Virus record (IMG/VR): IMGVR_UViG_3300045988_173968
Source: a virus
DNA: 64,000 bases
Direction: 5' to 3' (one strand)
The translations under genes were made by a program, and so were the position numbers. Within the stretch, counting starts at the first letter, position 1. Every line of letters starts with the position of its first letter. The notes under the pieces were generated by a model that was not told where the DNA came from, made no database searches, and saw only the letters and a list, made by a program, of their open reading frames with translations. Below are positions 9,931 to 19,010 of this stretch, one piece after another.

Positions 9931-11868
9931 TCACTTTCCGAATATCTCTTCTTCCGTATCAACAACTGGATACGGCACATGGTCTATGTATTCTGTAGTA
10001 TCCCAAGCGTAATTGTGCTCAAACTCTTCCGGCTTCGTAAAGAACCGCCGAGACGGCACATCGTAATATAAACCGCACTCGAGATTTGCTCGACCTCTTA
10101 AGCGGTCTTTCTGAACGCTAACGACCACATCGTATGGGCATGATGGCTTAACCCACCCGTCACCCTTTGCGTTTGGAATACCAGCCTTTTCTTTCTTTCC
10201 TATTCGTCTAAGGCTAATAGCTCTGTGCGCCAAATTGATTAAATTTGCCGTACCACTCAACTCATACAAGCCCACATTTTCCGTAAGGTCTTGCATCTTT
10301 CTCGGATGGCAAACCAATATAGTACAAACATTATATTTCATGCTAAATTGAATTAGCCAGTTGACGAGTTCGGTTTGTTTCTGCCACTTGTTGTCGTCGT
10401 TTGCACCGAGGTCAATAGTCGTCATGTTGTCAAGTAGAAACAGCTTGCTGCCGTACTTACGAACCGAATCTATCATCGAATCTTGTATCGATTTTACATC
10501 GTTGCTCCAATCGTCTTTATACAGCATGAGCTTTCCGCGATAGAAGTCGGATATTTTCTTCTTTGCCTCCGGCTTAACTCGGTAGTATGTAGCACCTTCT
10601 GGGCTAACATATTCCACGAGGTGGCGTCTCCCAGCCAATAGGTACATAAGCCAGTTGCGGCTCATCCACGCCGGCAGTTCCTTTGAATACACCCAGCAGT
10701 TTTTCTCTTGGTCGAGTGCTTGACAAATTAACTGGTAAAGAAAGGAAGTTTTGCCGGAGCCAGGTGTCCCTGAAATAATAGTAAAGCTTCCATAGAACAG
10801 CCTCATCAATTCTTTGTCCAAAGCATCAATGCCAAACCGAATGCCATCTATATCTGTTAGATCAACATCTTCTACATCAGCAAAATCGACGAGCGATGGA
10901 ACTGGGCTATCCTGAGCGTTGACAATAGCTTCTAAGACCTTATCTTTGCCGAAGAAGTAAAGCATCTCATTTATATCTTTTACGGAGTGTTTTTTGCCTT
11001 CTTCATCTTCGTAATATTCTGGGATATTGACAATCTTGCATCTCCAACTACCCAAACGAGGCACTACTTCTTTGACAAATTTTAAACCTGATTCATCGTT
11101 GTCGTGAGCAATAATGATTTCTTTGAACTGCTCCAACCAATCCTAGCATTCCGGAATCCAATGAGTGTTTCCGTCGCCGAGAGGAATTGAAACGGCATTG
11201 ATAAACCCCGCCTCAACCGCTGCAGCACAATCAAGCTCTCCACTTGTAATAAGCAACGGCTGATCGACATTGATGCGGTTCATATTAAACAATATTGGAG
11301 TTGTGTCCGCACCTTGTTGGCACCAGTTCTTATTTTCACCGTGTACTATTTTTCTCGTCGGACGGTATTTAACCATCGTAAGAGTATCGTTAAGGTCGTA
11401 GTAGTTAAATGCGATGTTTCCTTTAGAATCTTGGCGAATATCAAGATAGTCTACGGTTTCTTTGCTGATTTTTCGTTTTGCCAAATAAGCATACACAGCA
11501 TCCTTTACCTCGTTCTGCTCTGGTTTTGGATAGTTATACGACCGTTTTGTTCGAACGCCTAATTCGCCAAACCCGTAAGCTACGCCGGCAAGCTCAAACA
11601 ATTTTTGAACCGCTTGCATATATGTAAGACCCTGATGCATGAAAGCATCAATAACATCATAGTTTCTCCCGCAAGCTCCAAAGCAATGGCAGCTGTTTGT
11701 TTTAGATGAAAATATAAAGGATGGCGTATTCTCCGCATGGATTGGGCAACAGCAACGCTTATGCACCGAATCGAAATCCTTAACCCCAAAGCCATCCATA
11801 ATCAATTCAAAATTTCTGTCTCCAAGCTTTTCTTTTGCCTTTTCAATCAGTTCTCTCGGTACATTCAA
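9931..11868 (-). CDS. Bifunctional primase-helicase (Zn-finger primase, Toprim, P-loop helicase), read through one TAG
   Basis: CCCPIHAENTPSF..CHCFGACG zinc finger. The Toprim domain is split by TAG 11145-11143 (..HWIPEC[TAG]DWLEQF..AHDNDESG). Walker A GTPGSGKTS and Walker B LFLLDN. Confidence 0.8.
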
Positions 11869-12731
11869 TCATCACTCACCTCGTCTTTTGCTGCGTATGG
11901 GCAGTTTTTCGAAAATCCACAAAGGTTTTTGCAGTAAAACTCGTCTCGTTCCGCAGGATATTCCTCACAGTCACGAATATTTTTTACCGTAGTCCTTACC
12001 CAACTTTCTGCTTCCTCGTATGCGTCTTTATCAAATGGGAGCTCTACTGTTTTCTGTTTCCTAAACATTCCAAAGCAAAGCTTATCCGGGTATTTACCGT
12101 ATGTATTCTTGATGTTCCTTGCATAGAGATAAAGCTGTCTAGCGTATTTCTTCAGCTCTTCTTTATCCTTAAATTTTGCTTTACTCTTCCAATCCTAAAC
12201 TGTAATCTCTCCGGTGTTTTTGTCCTCAAGAATCAAGTCAATAAAGCCCTTGATGCGGAAGTCATCAAAATCATCCGTAAACTCATGCTCGGCATCAATG
12301 ATTTTCATGTTCTTAAAGCCGTCAAAATTCTCAAAGAAGCGAACACCATCGTTGAAGTATGACTCTTTCAGATCCACATATGCATTCCATGGGAAATCCT
12401 TAGTGATCTCTTTTTCAAATCTCTCTTTGAAAGAATCAACAAGCTCCCACTCAGCGAGATCACCCCGCTCATACTCTTCAAGGATTCCATGAACCATTGT
12501 GCCATATTGCGAGAATGCATTTTCCTCATTCACATATTTTGTAAAGAACGGGCAGTGTGTTCTCTCAATTGGAGACGACAACGGATCAAAGTCTGCCAAC
12601 GCATGCTCACAACACTGTTCTTCCCTATTAAAGGAGGAACACGCCTCACAACACTTGATGTAGTTGAGCAGATATCCATACTTGCATCCATTAAATGAGG
12701 ACAATTTTGAAAATGAATAGTTTTCTTTCAA
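11865..12731 (-). CDS. PD-(D/E)XK (Cas4/RecB-like) nuclease with a C-terminal Cys cluster, read through one TAG
   Basis: Track ORFs 12195-12731 and 11865-12068 share a frame. TAG 12197-12195 sits inside the motif GFIDLILEDK..ITV[TAG]DWKS. C-terminal CKNLCGFSKNCPY. Confidence 0.7.
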
Positions 12732-12796
12732 GCATTACTTCCTCCTTAACTAATGTGTCGTAATCGGCGGGGCAAAAGCCCCGCCTTTTTCATTCA

Positions 12797-13222
12797 TTAG
12801 AAGGGAAGCTCATTATCATCATCATCTTCCTGCACCGCAGGAGCAGGCTTAGCAGCCTTCGCAGGAGCAGTGTTGTCGCTGGTTGACTCACTCTTTGCCT
12901 TTGCCTCAGCAAAGCCGACTTCCTCTGCAACGATATCAGTTACGGTGCGCTTCTCACCATCTTTTTCGTAGGTGTTATTCTGGAGGCGACCCCAGATGTT
13001 AATTGCGTTGCCCTTCTTGAAATATTTTTCAATGAACTCAGCAGATGTGCCGAAGGCACTCACCCGAAAGAAGTCTGCTTCTGGATGCTCCTGTCCCTTA
13101 ACCAGACGGCGATTAACCGCCACTCTGAAATTTGCAACTTTATTGCCATTCTCGCCAATAACCTTTACTTCCGGGTCAGCGGTCAGCCGTGCGCCGCCCA
13201 GAAACACCTTATTATTCCACAT
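12797..13222 (-). CDS. ssb: Single-stranded DNA-binding protein
   Basis: OB-fold pattern (RLTADPEV..FRVAVNRR..DFFRVSAFG) and the acidic tip DDDDNELPF. Confidence 0.9.
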   Translation of the reverse strand: MWNNKVFLGGARLTADPEVKVIGENGNKVANFRVAVNRRLVKGQEHPEADFFRVSAFGTSAEFIEKYFKKGNAINIWGRLQNNTYEKDGEKRTVTDIVAEEVGFAEAKAKSESTSDNTAPAKAAKPAPAVQEDDDDNELPF

Positions 13223-14132
13223 CGTTATGTACCTCCGTCATATCACACATTGCCTTGTAAGTCTTTCTCGCCGTATCGATATCTGTAATCTTCTTATAGT
13301 TTGCTGTTCCGCAAGCTTCCATGATTGCAGCGCCGACATCAGCCTTTGGAATACCAGAAGCAATGAGCTCTTTTGCCTTAACATCAATCATCTCGATTGC
13401 CTTAGCAAGCTTATCTTCTGCACTAACCTCTGCTTTTACCGGCTTTGCCTTTGGCTCAACTTTCTCGCCGGAGTTTGCCCAGTCATAGATTTTCTCTCCA
13501 TCTTTCTCCGTAAGGACTTCATAGCGTCCCTCAAAAATGTGAGTGTTGTCCTTCATTGCATCCGCAACATGAGTGTCCTGAGCAAGGTTGAAAGTGACCG
13601 TGAAGTTGTACTCCGTATTGTCTCTCTGTTTGAAACCAATGCCAACTTTCTTCGGAGTCTGCTTACCATTCTTCTCTTCAAGGACATATTCGTCCTTGCC
13701 TCGAACGGTTGCAATAATATGGATTGGCGTCTGAAGAATCGTCTCCATAAATGCATCATGACGCGGTGTGATTTTTGCCCAGTTGGTATAACTATTGCCT
13801 GGCATTTTATTATGCGTTTCAAGACAATAATCCCACTCATGCGTTGCCGAGTCGATAATCAGAACACTGTATCCGCCATCCACCGCCTCGTTAATTGCTT
13901 CGATGTAACTCTCTGGCGTATGTACATCAAGCTGCAGATCATCGAAATCAAATTCATCTGCATAGTAGCGGATACGACCGTTCTCTGTATCAATCGCAGC
14001 TACTCGACCTCCTGCCTTATTGGCAATACCTTTTGCGAGTCTCAGCGCCGTATAGGTCTTACCGCTGCCGCTGGGGCCAGCAAGCAGAAGCTTAGTCCAC
14101 ACTTGCTCTCTTTTTGCTTTTTGGAAAGCCAT
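13212..14132 (-). CDS. Sak4-like / RecA-fold AAA ATPase (phage recombination mediator)
   Basis: Walker A LLAGPSGSGKT and Walker B VLIIDSATHEW. Sits next to ssb. Confidence 0.6.
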   Translation of the reverse strand: MAFQKAKREQVWTKLLLAGPSGSGKTYTALRLAKGIANKAGGRVAAIDTENGRIRYYADEFDFDDLQLDVHTPESYIEAINEAVDGGYSVLIIDSATHEWDYCLETHNKMPGNSYTNWAKITPRHDAFMETILQTPIHIIATVRGKDEYVLEEKNGKQTPKKVGIGFKQRDNTEYNFTVTFNLAQDTHVADAMKDNTHIFEGRYEVLTEKDGEKIYDWANSGEKVEPKAKPVKAEVSAEDKLAKAIEMIDVKAKELIASGIPKADVGAAIMEACGTANYKKITDIDTARKTYKAMCDMTEVHNDVE

Positions 14133-14147
14133 AAAATCAACTCCTTT

Positions 14148-14576
14148 TTATTTTTGACTGGATGAACCAGTTTCCTCTGGAACTAAAAACTCAAGAAAAT
14201 ATGTAGATCTGTTAGTTCTATTTTCATCAAAGTTCTGATATTTGTTATCCCTTAAATCTGGTGAATCGTCCATTGGGATAACATAGTCGCAAATGGGATC
14301 TTGTTCTTTAATTTTGAAGATTGAATTCTTTGGTCGAATTACGATATCAGTTACAATCCTTCTCTCCCTCAAGTAGTCAATCAGACGGACTTTAAGTATT
14401 GACTTCTTTTTTATCCCATTTGGCTTAATTGCGAGAACACCATGTTCGAGAAATGAGGATTTGTTACCAAGTGGCTTTGATTTACCATCATAAAAGATAG
14501 CCTCTCTGCCGCCTTTCAATGTAACAGAATCAAGATTCTCAAATTGAATCTCGATCAGCGAATGATCCCAAATCAT
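14148..14576 (-). CDS. Hypothetical protein
   Basis: Track ORF. Start moved to the ATG at 14576, which has a GAGGAGG RBS. No family recognised. Confidence 0.5.
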   Translation of the reverse strand: MIWDHSLIEIQFENLDSVTLKGGREAIFYDGKSKPLGNKSSFLEHGVLAIKPNGIKKKSILKVRLIDYLRERRIVTDIVIRPKNSIFKIKEQDPICDYVIPMDDSPDLRDNKYQNFDENRTNRSTYFLEFLVPEETGSSSQK

Positions 14577-14577
14577 G

Positions 14578-14808
14578 TTAATCGACCTCCTCAAGCTTTT
14601 CTATCAAGGTTTCAGGGTTCTTCGATTTTGCTATCTGTTTTAACTTGTCCGTCTTATCGTCGTACTCCAAAAGAAAATACATTGACCTGTCATATTGTTT
14701 CGTTGCGAGGAGCTTCATTTTTCCCATTGCCTCCTCATAGCGCGCAGCCAGAATAACCGAATCCTTAAAGAGCTTAACTTTTTTGACAACTTCGAAGTAG
14801 TTGCTCAT
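14578..14808 (-). CDS. Hypothetical protein
   Basis: Track ORF with ATGA overlap to the upstream gene and a TAA stop. Confidence 0.5.
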   Translation of the reverse strand: MSNYFEVVKKVKLFKDSVILAARYEEAMGKMKLLATKQYDRSMYFLLEYDDKTDKLKQIAKSKNPETLIEKLEEVD

Positions 14809-15104
14809 GAAAGCAATTCGATAACGGCTTCCAGGAAATCTCCAAAGCTAATTGCATCAGCAGCCTCGCATTCATCAACGCACTTGCAAGTGGAACTACT
14901 GGAACCGTACTTTTCTTCGTATTCTTTCTTGAGCTCCACAAGCTTCTTTTCCGCTTCCTCGATGTCTTTCTTCGCCTGGGTCTTAGCTTCTTCCAGCTCC
15001 TTTGCAACGCGGGCTTCCTCGGCGTGCTTTTTCTCACACTCCATAGCTTCCTTTTCATTCGGATAAGCCTTACCACAGGTGTCGCAATAGTAATTTACAT
15101 GCAT
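14805..15104 (-). CDS. Hypothetical Zn-ribbon / coiled-coil protein
   Basis: CDTCG..CEKKH followed by a K/E-rich helix. Start at MHVNYY, which has an RBS. Confidence 0.5.
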   Translation of the reverse strand: MHVNYYCDTCGKAYPNEKEAMECEKKHAEEARVAKELEEAKTQAKKDIEEAEKKLVELKKEYEEKYGSSSSTCKCVDECEAADAISFGDFLEAVIELLS

Positions 15105-15114
15105 AGTTTTTACC

Positions 15115-15291
15115 TCACTTTTCAATTATTTCAAAGATATGGCCTTCATCTCGTTTAGTGAAAACATATCTATCCCTGATTTTGTACTGGAGCTCGTCCT
15201 CCCAAGTAACTTCGTAGGCGGCTCCTCCCCTGAATACAAACTTCATTTCCGGATCTACAACCGTTGTTAAAAATCTCAGGTACTTTTTCAT
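15115..15291 (-). CDS. Hypothetical small protein (58 aa)
   Basis: MKKYLRFLTTVVDPEMKF.. Its ATG overlaps the glyA stop (ATGA). Below the track's size cutoff. Confidence 0.4.
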   Translation of the reverse strand: MKKYLRFLTTVVDPEMKFVFRGGAAYEVTWEDELQYKIRDRYVFTKRDEGHIFEIIEK

Positions 15292-16523
15292 GTTGAAAGT
15301 CCTCTGATTACTTCATCAATTTTGTGGGCAACTGCAATGAAATTCTCTTTTTCCCAACCCTTCGAAGTCATTGCAGCTGTACCGATTCGTACTCCACTTG
15401 TCTGCATAGGACTTCGTTTCTCATTCTGAACACAATTCTTATTCAGAGTAATTCCATTAGCATCAAGAGCGTCCTGAACCATACGACCTGAAACATTTGG
15501 ATGGGTTTTTGAGAAGTCAAGCAAGAATAAGTGATTGTCTGTTCCTCCGGTCACAACCTCATAGCCCATTTTAATGAACTCGTCGCACATAGCCTTACAA
15601 TTAGCAACAACTTTACCGATGTACTCTTTATACTCCGGCTTAAGACATTCTTCCGCTCCGCACGCTTTGCCATAAATCATGTTCATCAGTGAGCCTCCTT
15701 GTGTGCCAGGGAAAACTGCACTATCAACCTTTTTTGCATGCTCCGGCTTGCAAAAAATAAGCCCGCCTCTTGCCGACCGAAGTGTTTTCTGTGTTGTCGT
15801 AGTGATTACATCAGCAAAGCCAAAGGGTGTTGGATGATGCCCCGTTGCTATCAAACCCGCGATGTGAGCCATGTCTACCATGAAGAATGGGTTTTCATCA
15901 CCACACTCTTCGTCAATTATGTTTCTGATGCGCTCAAAATCAATAATTCTCGGATACGCTGATGCGCCGGCAAGAACAAGGTTCGGGTGGAACTCCTTGA
16001 TTTTTTGGCGAATATCGTCGTAGTCGATGAAGCCGTTTTCATCCACACCATACTCTACAATTTTGTACAGTTTCCCGCTGAAGTTTGCCGGTAATCCATG
16101 AGTTAAGTGACCACCGTTGGATAAACTCATCGAAAGGATCGTGTCCCCTGGTTTAATAAATGCTGCATATGCTGCTTCGTTCGCCTGGCTTCCACTGTGC
16201 GGCTGTACATTCACATGGTAGTTCGTGTTGAATAACCTTTGAAAAAGATATCTCGTGTAGAGCTCAAGCATGTCAACACAATCACAGCCACCGTAATATC
16301 TTCCGGTATTTCCAGTGTGGGTGTAGTCCGGGAACATGTCTTTGAAGCGCTCAACACTTTTCTTTTCCGGATAACCTTCGGCGTACTTATTCATGAACTC
16401 TGTCCCGCACGCCTTAATAACTCTTTCATCCGGAAAATTTTCCGAAGCAATTAGCTCCACAACTTCAAGTTGCCGCATTCGCTCGGCTTGAACAACTGCT
16501 TCTAAAAAGTTTTCTTTTGAAAT
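15288..16523 (-). CDS. glyA: Serine hydroxymethyltransferase (start uncertain: ATT at 16523, ATG at 16478, or ATG at 16586 through a TAG)
   Basis: ELIASENF, GYPEK..RYYGGC, HLTHG and TTTTQKTLRSARGG motifs. The conserved N-terminal helix (FLEAVVQAERMRQ) lies upstream of the track ATG. AAGGAGG sits 7 nt before an ATT codon. Confidence 0.85.
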   Translation of the reverse strand: MSKENFLEAVVQAERMRQLEVVELIASENFPDERVIKACGTEFMNKYAEGYPEKKSVERFKDMFPDYTHTGNTGRYYGGCDCVDMLELYTRYLFQRLFNTNYHVNVQPHSGSQANEAAYAAFIKPGDTILSMSLSNGGHLTHGLPANFSGKLYKIVEYGVDENGFIDYDDIRQKIKEFHPNLVLAGASAYPRIIDFERIRNIIDEECGDENPFFMVDMAHIAGLIATGHHPTPFGFADVITTTTQKTLRSARGGLIFCKPEHAKKVDSAVFPGTQGGSLMNMIYGKACGAEECLKPEYKEYIGKVVANCKAMCDEFIKMGYEVVTGGTDNHLFLLDFSKTHPNVSGRMVQDALDANGITLNKNCVQNEKRSPMQTSGVRIGTAAMTSKGWEKENFIAVAHKIDEVIRGLST

Positions 16524-16794
16524 AAAATTTCCTCCTTTACTACTTAATTGAAGATTCCCGTCCAGCTATCGTGTGTCAAAAATCATATGTATTTATCTCC
16601 TTTCATCGGATTAGAACAACAATCTATGTTCCAGAAAATTCGCCTGAGTTGAGTGGGCGAATTTTCGTCGAAGGCGGCCTGTCAAGTGAAAAATAAAATT
16701 TCGTGAAATTTTATTTTTCTAATTTATTTTGGCCAGCAATGCTTTACTTTTGATTAAACCAAAAAGCACTCAAACAATATGTAATAAGTAATGA

Positions 16795-17022
16795 CAACAT
16801 AGATTTGAGGGGAAATTCCCCTCTGTGGGTGGGCCAGGGTCGCATCGACCAGCCCGGTTGGACACTTGGCAGGCGTAGCATTCTCCTGCGTCCCTTTTGG
16901 CTCATAGAGCGTGCGGTTGCTACGAAATCTACCACCTCAAGTGCTGGTTTACTGCTTTTTAGTGTCGTGCAGTTCGACTCTCTCTAAATTGGAAATTTCC
17001 TTTTGGGCATGTTACTGCCCAA
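16795..17022 (-). ncRNA. Unclassified structured noncoding stretch immediately 3' of the CUA tRNA candidate
   Basis: No credible ORF. Helices seen by eye: TTGGGCA/TGCCCAA (17003-17022), CGTAGCA/TGCTACG, GGTGG/CCACC, and palindrome GAGGGGAAATTCCCCTC (16807-16823). Class unknown. Confidence 0.3.
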
Positions 17023-17100
17023 TGGCACGGGCCCCCGGACTCGAACCGGAATTGCATGGATTTAGAGGCCAGCATGTTTACCAATTACTTGCAGACCCGC
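17023..17100 (-). tRNA. Candidate amber-suppressor tRNA (anticodon CUA) with a non-canonical anticodon stem
   Basis: 7-bp acceptor stem (two G-U pairs), discriminator G plus encoded CCA, T-arm TCCGG-TTCGAGT-CCGGG, and a canonical 7-nt loop CU-CUA-AA. Only 3 Watson-Crick pairs in the anticodon stem and a weak D stem. Confidence 0.55.
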
Positions 17101-17122
17101 TTATGTAATAAAATCTGTCCGC

Positions 17123-17212
17123 TCAAAACAGCCAAAACCTTGCGAACACCGCAAAGTAAACAACTATCGTAATTGCGCCAGAGATCAGCGCAATCTTTAC
17201 ATGTTCGTTCAT
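17123..17212 (-). CDS. Small hydrophobic peptide (29 aa)
   Basis: MNEHVKIALISGAITIVVYFAVFARFWLF. ATGA overlap with the upstream gene. Confidence 0.3.
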   Translation of the reverse strand: MNEHVKIALISGAITIVVYFAVFARFWLF

Positions 17213-17493
17213 AAAATACACTCCTTTACTATTCTTTTATATCTTTCTGGATCTGACCTCTCCAGTTCAGCAAACGAAATCATATTGTCTTCTTTTTCAG
17301 GCTTGTACCTACCGGAGGCATCAAAAAAAGAGCCACTTATCCTTGCGGTAAAGTGACCCTCGACTTCATCATAAAAGATCTCTGCGTCCGGGAATCTTCC
17401 TTTTAAAATATATGCGAACTAATAGCAATTTCCAGCGAACCAGTGTTCGTCTGGTCTGAACCTCCGGCGAATAAATTCTTCTACCATAACCAT
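17209..17493 (-). CDS. Hypothetical protein read through one TAG
   Basis: MVMVEEFIRRRFRPDEHWFAGNCY[TAG]FAYILKGRFPDAEIFYDEVEGHF.. TAG at 17421-17419. RBS AGGAAG. TGA stop. Confidence 0.5.
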
Positions 17494-17515
17494 TCCTTTC
17501 TTCCTAGATGAGGCA

Positions 17516-18463
17516 CTATTTTGCCTCGTCTGGATAAAATGTTCTGATGTAGTTTGCGTAGTCGTATTTGGCGTATTTTCTTTTAGCCCATGCTCTTTTG
17601 TAATCCATTGAATCCCAATTTTGCTTGGAAGCAAAAATATTATAGCTGAGAATACCTGTCTCGTCTTCAATCTGCTTCGTTTCCCAGCATATCCCAGATA
17701 AATTGAGTGCGTTTGCAGATAGTTCAAAGCCTGTTTTTGATACACGTTTCCATACGGAGTTCATAAAATTCTTGAACTTTTCCTTATCTAGCGTATTCCA
17801 TGTTCTAATAAGCATTCCATTATCACATCTTTTTTGGGAGTTACAAACTTCTCCTTCTTTTCTATAAATATTGAAAAATTTTGCGTCCCTTGTTTTCAAA
17901 ACAAACGGAATTATACTCGGAGGAATTATGTGTGTCTCGCCGCCAGCAGTTAAGCTATTTTCTCCAACATCCTGAATCTTAATATTTAGAATATCATCCG
18001 TTGAAAATCCTTCGAAATATAGCCAAAGGATAGTTGCATATTGACACTCTGGCGTGCCCATGTGAATCGTAGGAAACCATTCAATGAACTTTCTTGAAAG
18101 TTCATAAGGTGATTTTACAAGCATTTTCCCTACATCTTTTTCATACAGTCGAAGCACCACGGCATCGCTACTTATAATGGATTTCTCTATATAACCTTTA
18201 CTTGTGCCATAAGCAAAATATTTCAACAGCGCTTTGTTTATTTCGCTTTGATATTGCGCCAAAACAGGTATTTTTTTATTCGCTTCCAGCAATTCATTTG
18301 TGGTAAAGAAAATAAGATCCTTGCCAAGCTGCTCTTCCGATGGGAAGAACTTTTTCAGCAATATTTCGCTTTTTTTAGCCTCTTTCGTATTAAGAGATGA
18401 ATAGAATTCCTGTTTTAACTCCATTTTGCTAATCCTCCTTGAGATTATGTAAGAGTATAGCAT
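17516..18463 (-). CDS. Hypothetical protein (315 aa), one of only three ORFs ending at TAG
   Basis: Track ORF. Ends at TAG 17518-17516. Read-through would add about 49 codons and overlap the next gene. Confidence 0.55.
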   Translation of the reverse strand: MLYSYIISRRISKMELKQEFYSSLNTKEAKKSEILLKKFFPSEEQLGKDLIFFTTNELLEANKKIPVLAQYQSEINKALLKYFAYGTSKGYIEKSIISSDAVVLRLYEKDVGKMLVKSPYELSRKFIEWFPTIHMGTPECQYATILWLYFEGFSTDDILNIKIQDVGENSLTAGGETHIIPPSIIPFVLKTRDAKFFNIYRKEGEVCNSQKRCDNGMLIRTWNTLDKEKFKNFMNSVWKRVSKTGFELSANALNLSGICWETKQIEDETGILSYNIFASKQNWDSMDYKRAWAKRKYAKYDYANYIRTFYPDEAK

Positions 18464-18511
18464 AAATTTGAGTTAAACTCAACTTATCTCCACTAAACAC
18501 TTTGCTTTCTC

Positions 18512-18895
18512 CTATACGGCAATTAAATCTTCTAAATTGAGAAACGAAATAGAGCTTGATGCCAATGTGTTTGCTTTAGCGATCTCTCTCATGTATTTAC
18601 CTGGTAATGAAGTAATATATTTCCCAAGCTTGTTTTTAGGGAAAGAGATGGGGTTTTCGCAAAGAGCTATGCTATCTCTTGGGAGCCCAGTCTCTCCTTT
18701 AGGTAAGAGAACATGAGTTGGCATTTTTGACTTTTTCAAAGCGGTTGTCAGTGGAATAAGAACAACATTCGGACTAAACTTATTTCCAAGGTCATTTTGC
18801 AAAACTATATGTGGTCTATTTCCCCCTTGTACTGTCCCATTGGTTTGTATATCCGCGAAAAAAACATCGCCAATTTTGATATTATCCTTTTCCAT
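18512..18895 (-). CDS. MazF/PemK-family toxin-like endoribonuclease with no obvious antitoxin
   Basis: GDVFFADI..GGNRPHIVLQND..VVLIPLTT matches the PemK/MazF fold pattern. Ends at TAG (18514-18512), and a TGA follows 11 codons later. Confidence 0.65.
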   Translation of the reverse strand: MEKDNIKIGDVFFADIQTNGTVQGGNRPHIVLQNDLGNKFSPNVVLIPLTTALKKSKMPTHVLLPKGETGLPRDSIALCENPISFPKNKLGKYITSLPGKYMREIAKANTLASSSISFLNLEDLIAV

Positions 18896-18943
18896 AAGAA
18901 CTAAACTCCTTTAATTTCTTGGTTTCTTTTTCTTCATGGCTTA

Positions 18944-18971
18944 ATAATATCATAAAAAAAAGTATTTGCAA
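18944..18971 (-). promoter_or_regulatory. Sigma70-like promoter upstream of the MazF-like gene
   Basis: Minus strand reads TTGCAA, 16 nt, TG-n-TATTAT (extended -10). Confidence 0.4.
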
Positions 18972-18980
18972 TACATAATA

Positions 18981-19010
18981 AAGAAACAGACCGTATTTAA
19001 ATACGGTCTG
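18981..19010 (-). terminator. Rho-independent terminator
   Basis: Palindrome CAGACCGTATTTAAATACGGTCTG followed by TTTCTTTATT on the minus strand. It overlaps the stop of 18997-19278. Confidence 0.6.

Noticed and set aside
12766-12790. GC hairpin GGCGGGGC-AAAA-GCCCCGCC plus T5, considered as the terminator of ssb
   Set aside because: The T-run follows the hairpin only on the plus strand, while ssb is on the minus strand. It may block antisense transcription or act bidirectionally, so it was not listed as a confident terminator.
12972-14165. 397-aa plus-strand ORF, the longest plus-strand ORF in the left arm
   Set aside because: It lies antisense to the well-supported ssb and Sak4-like genes. 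Its sequence is low-complexity and rich in Leu, Ser, Cys and Arg with no motifs. This is a typical shadow ORF.
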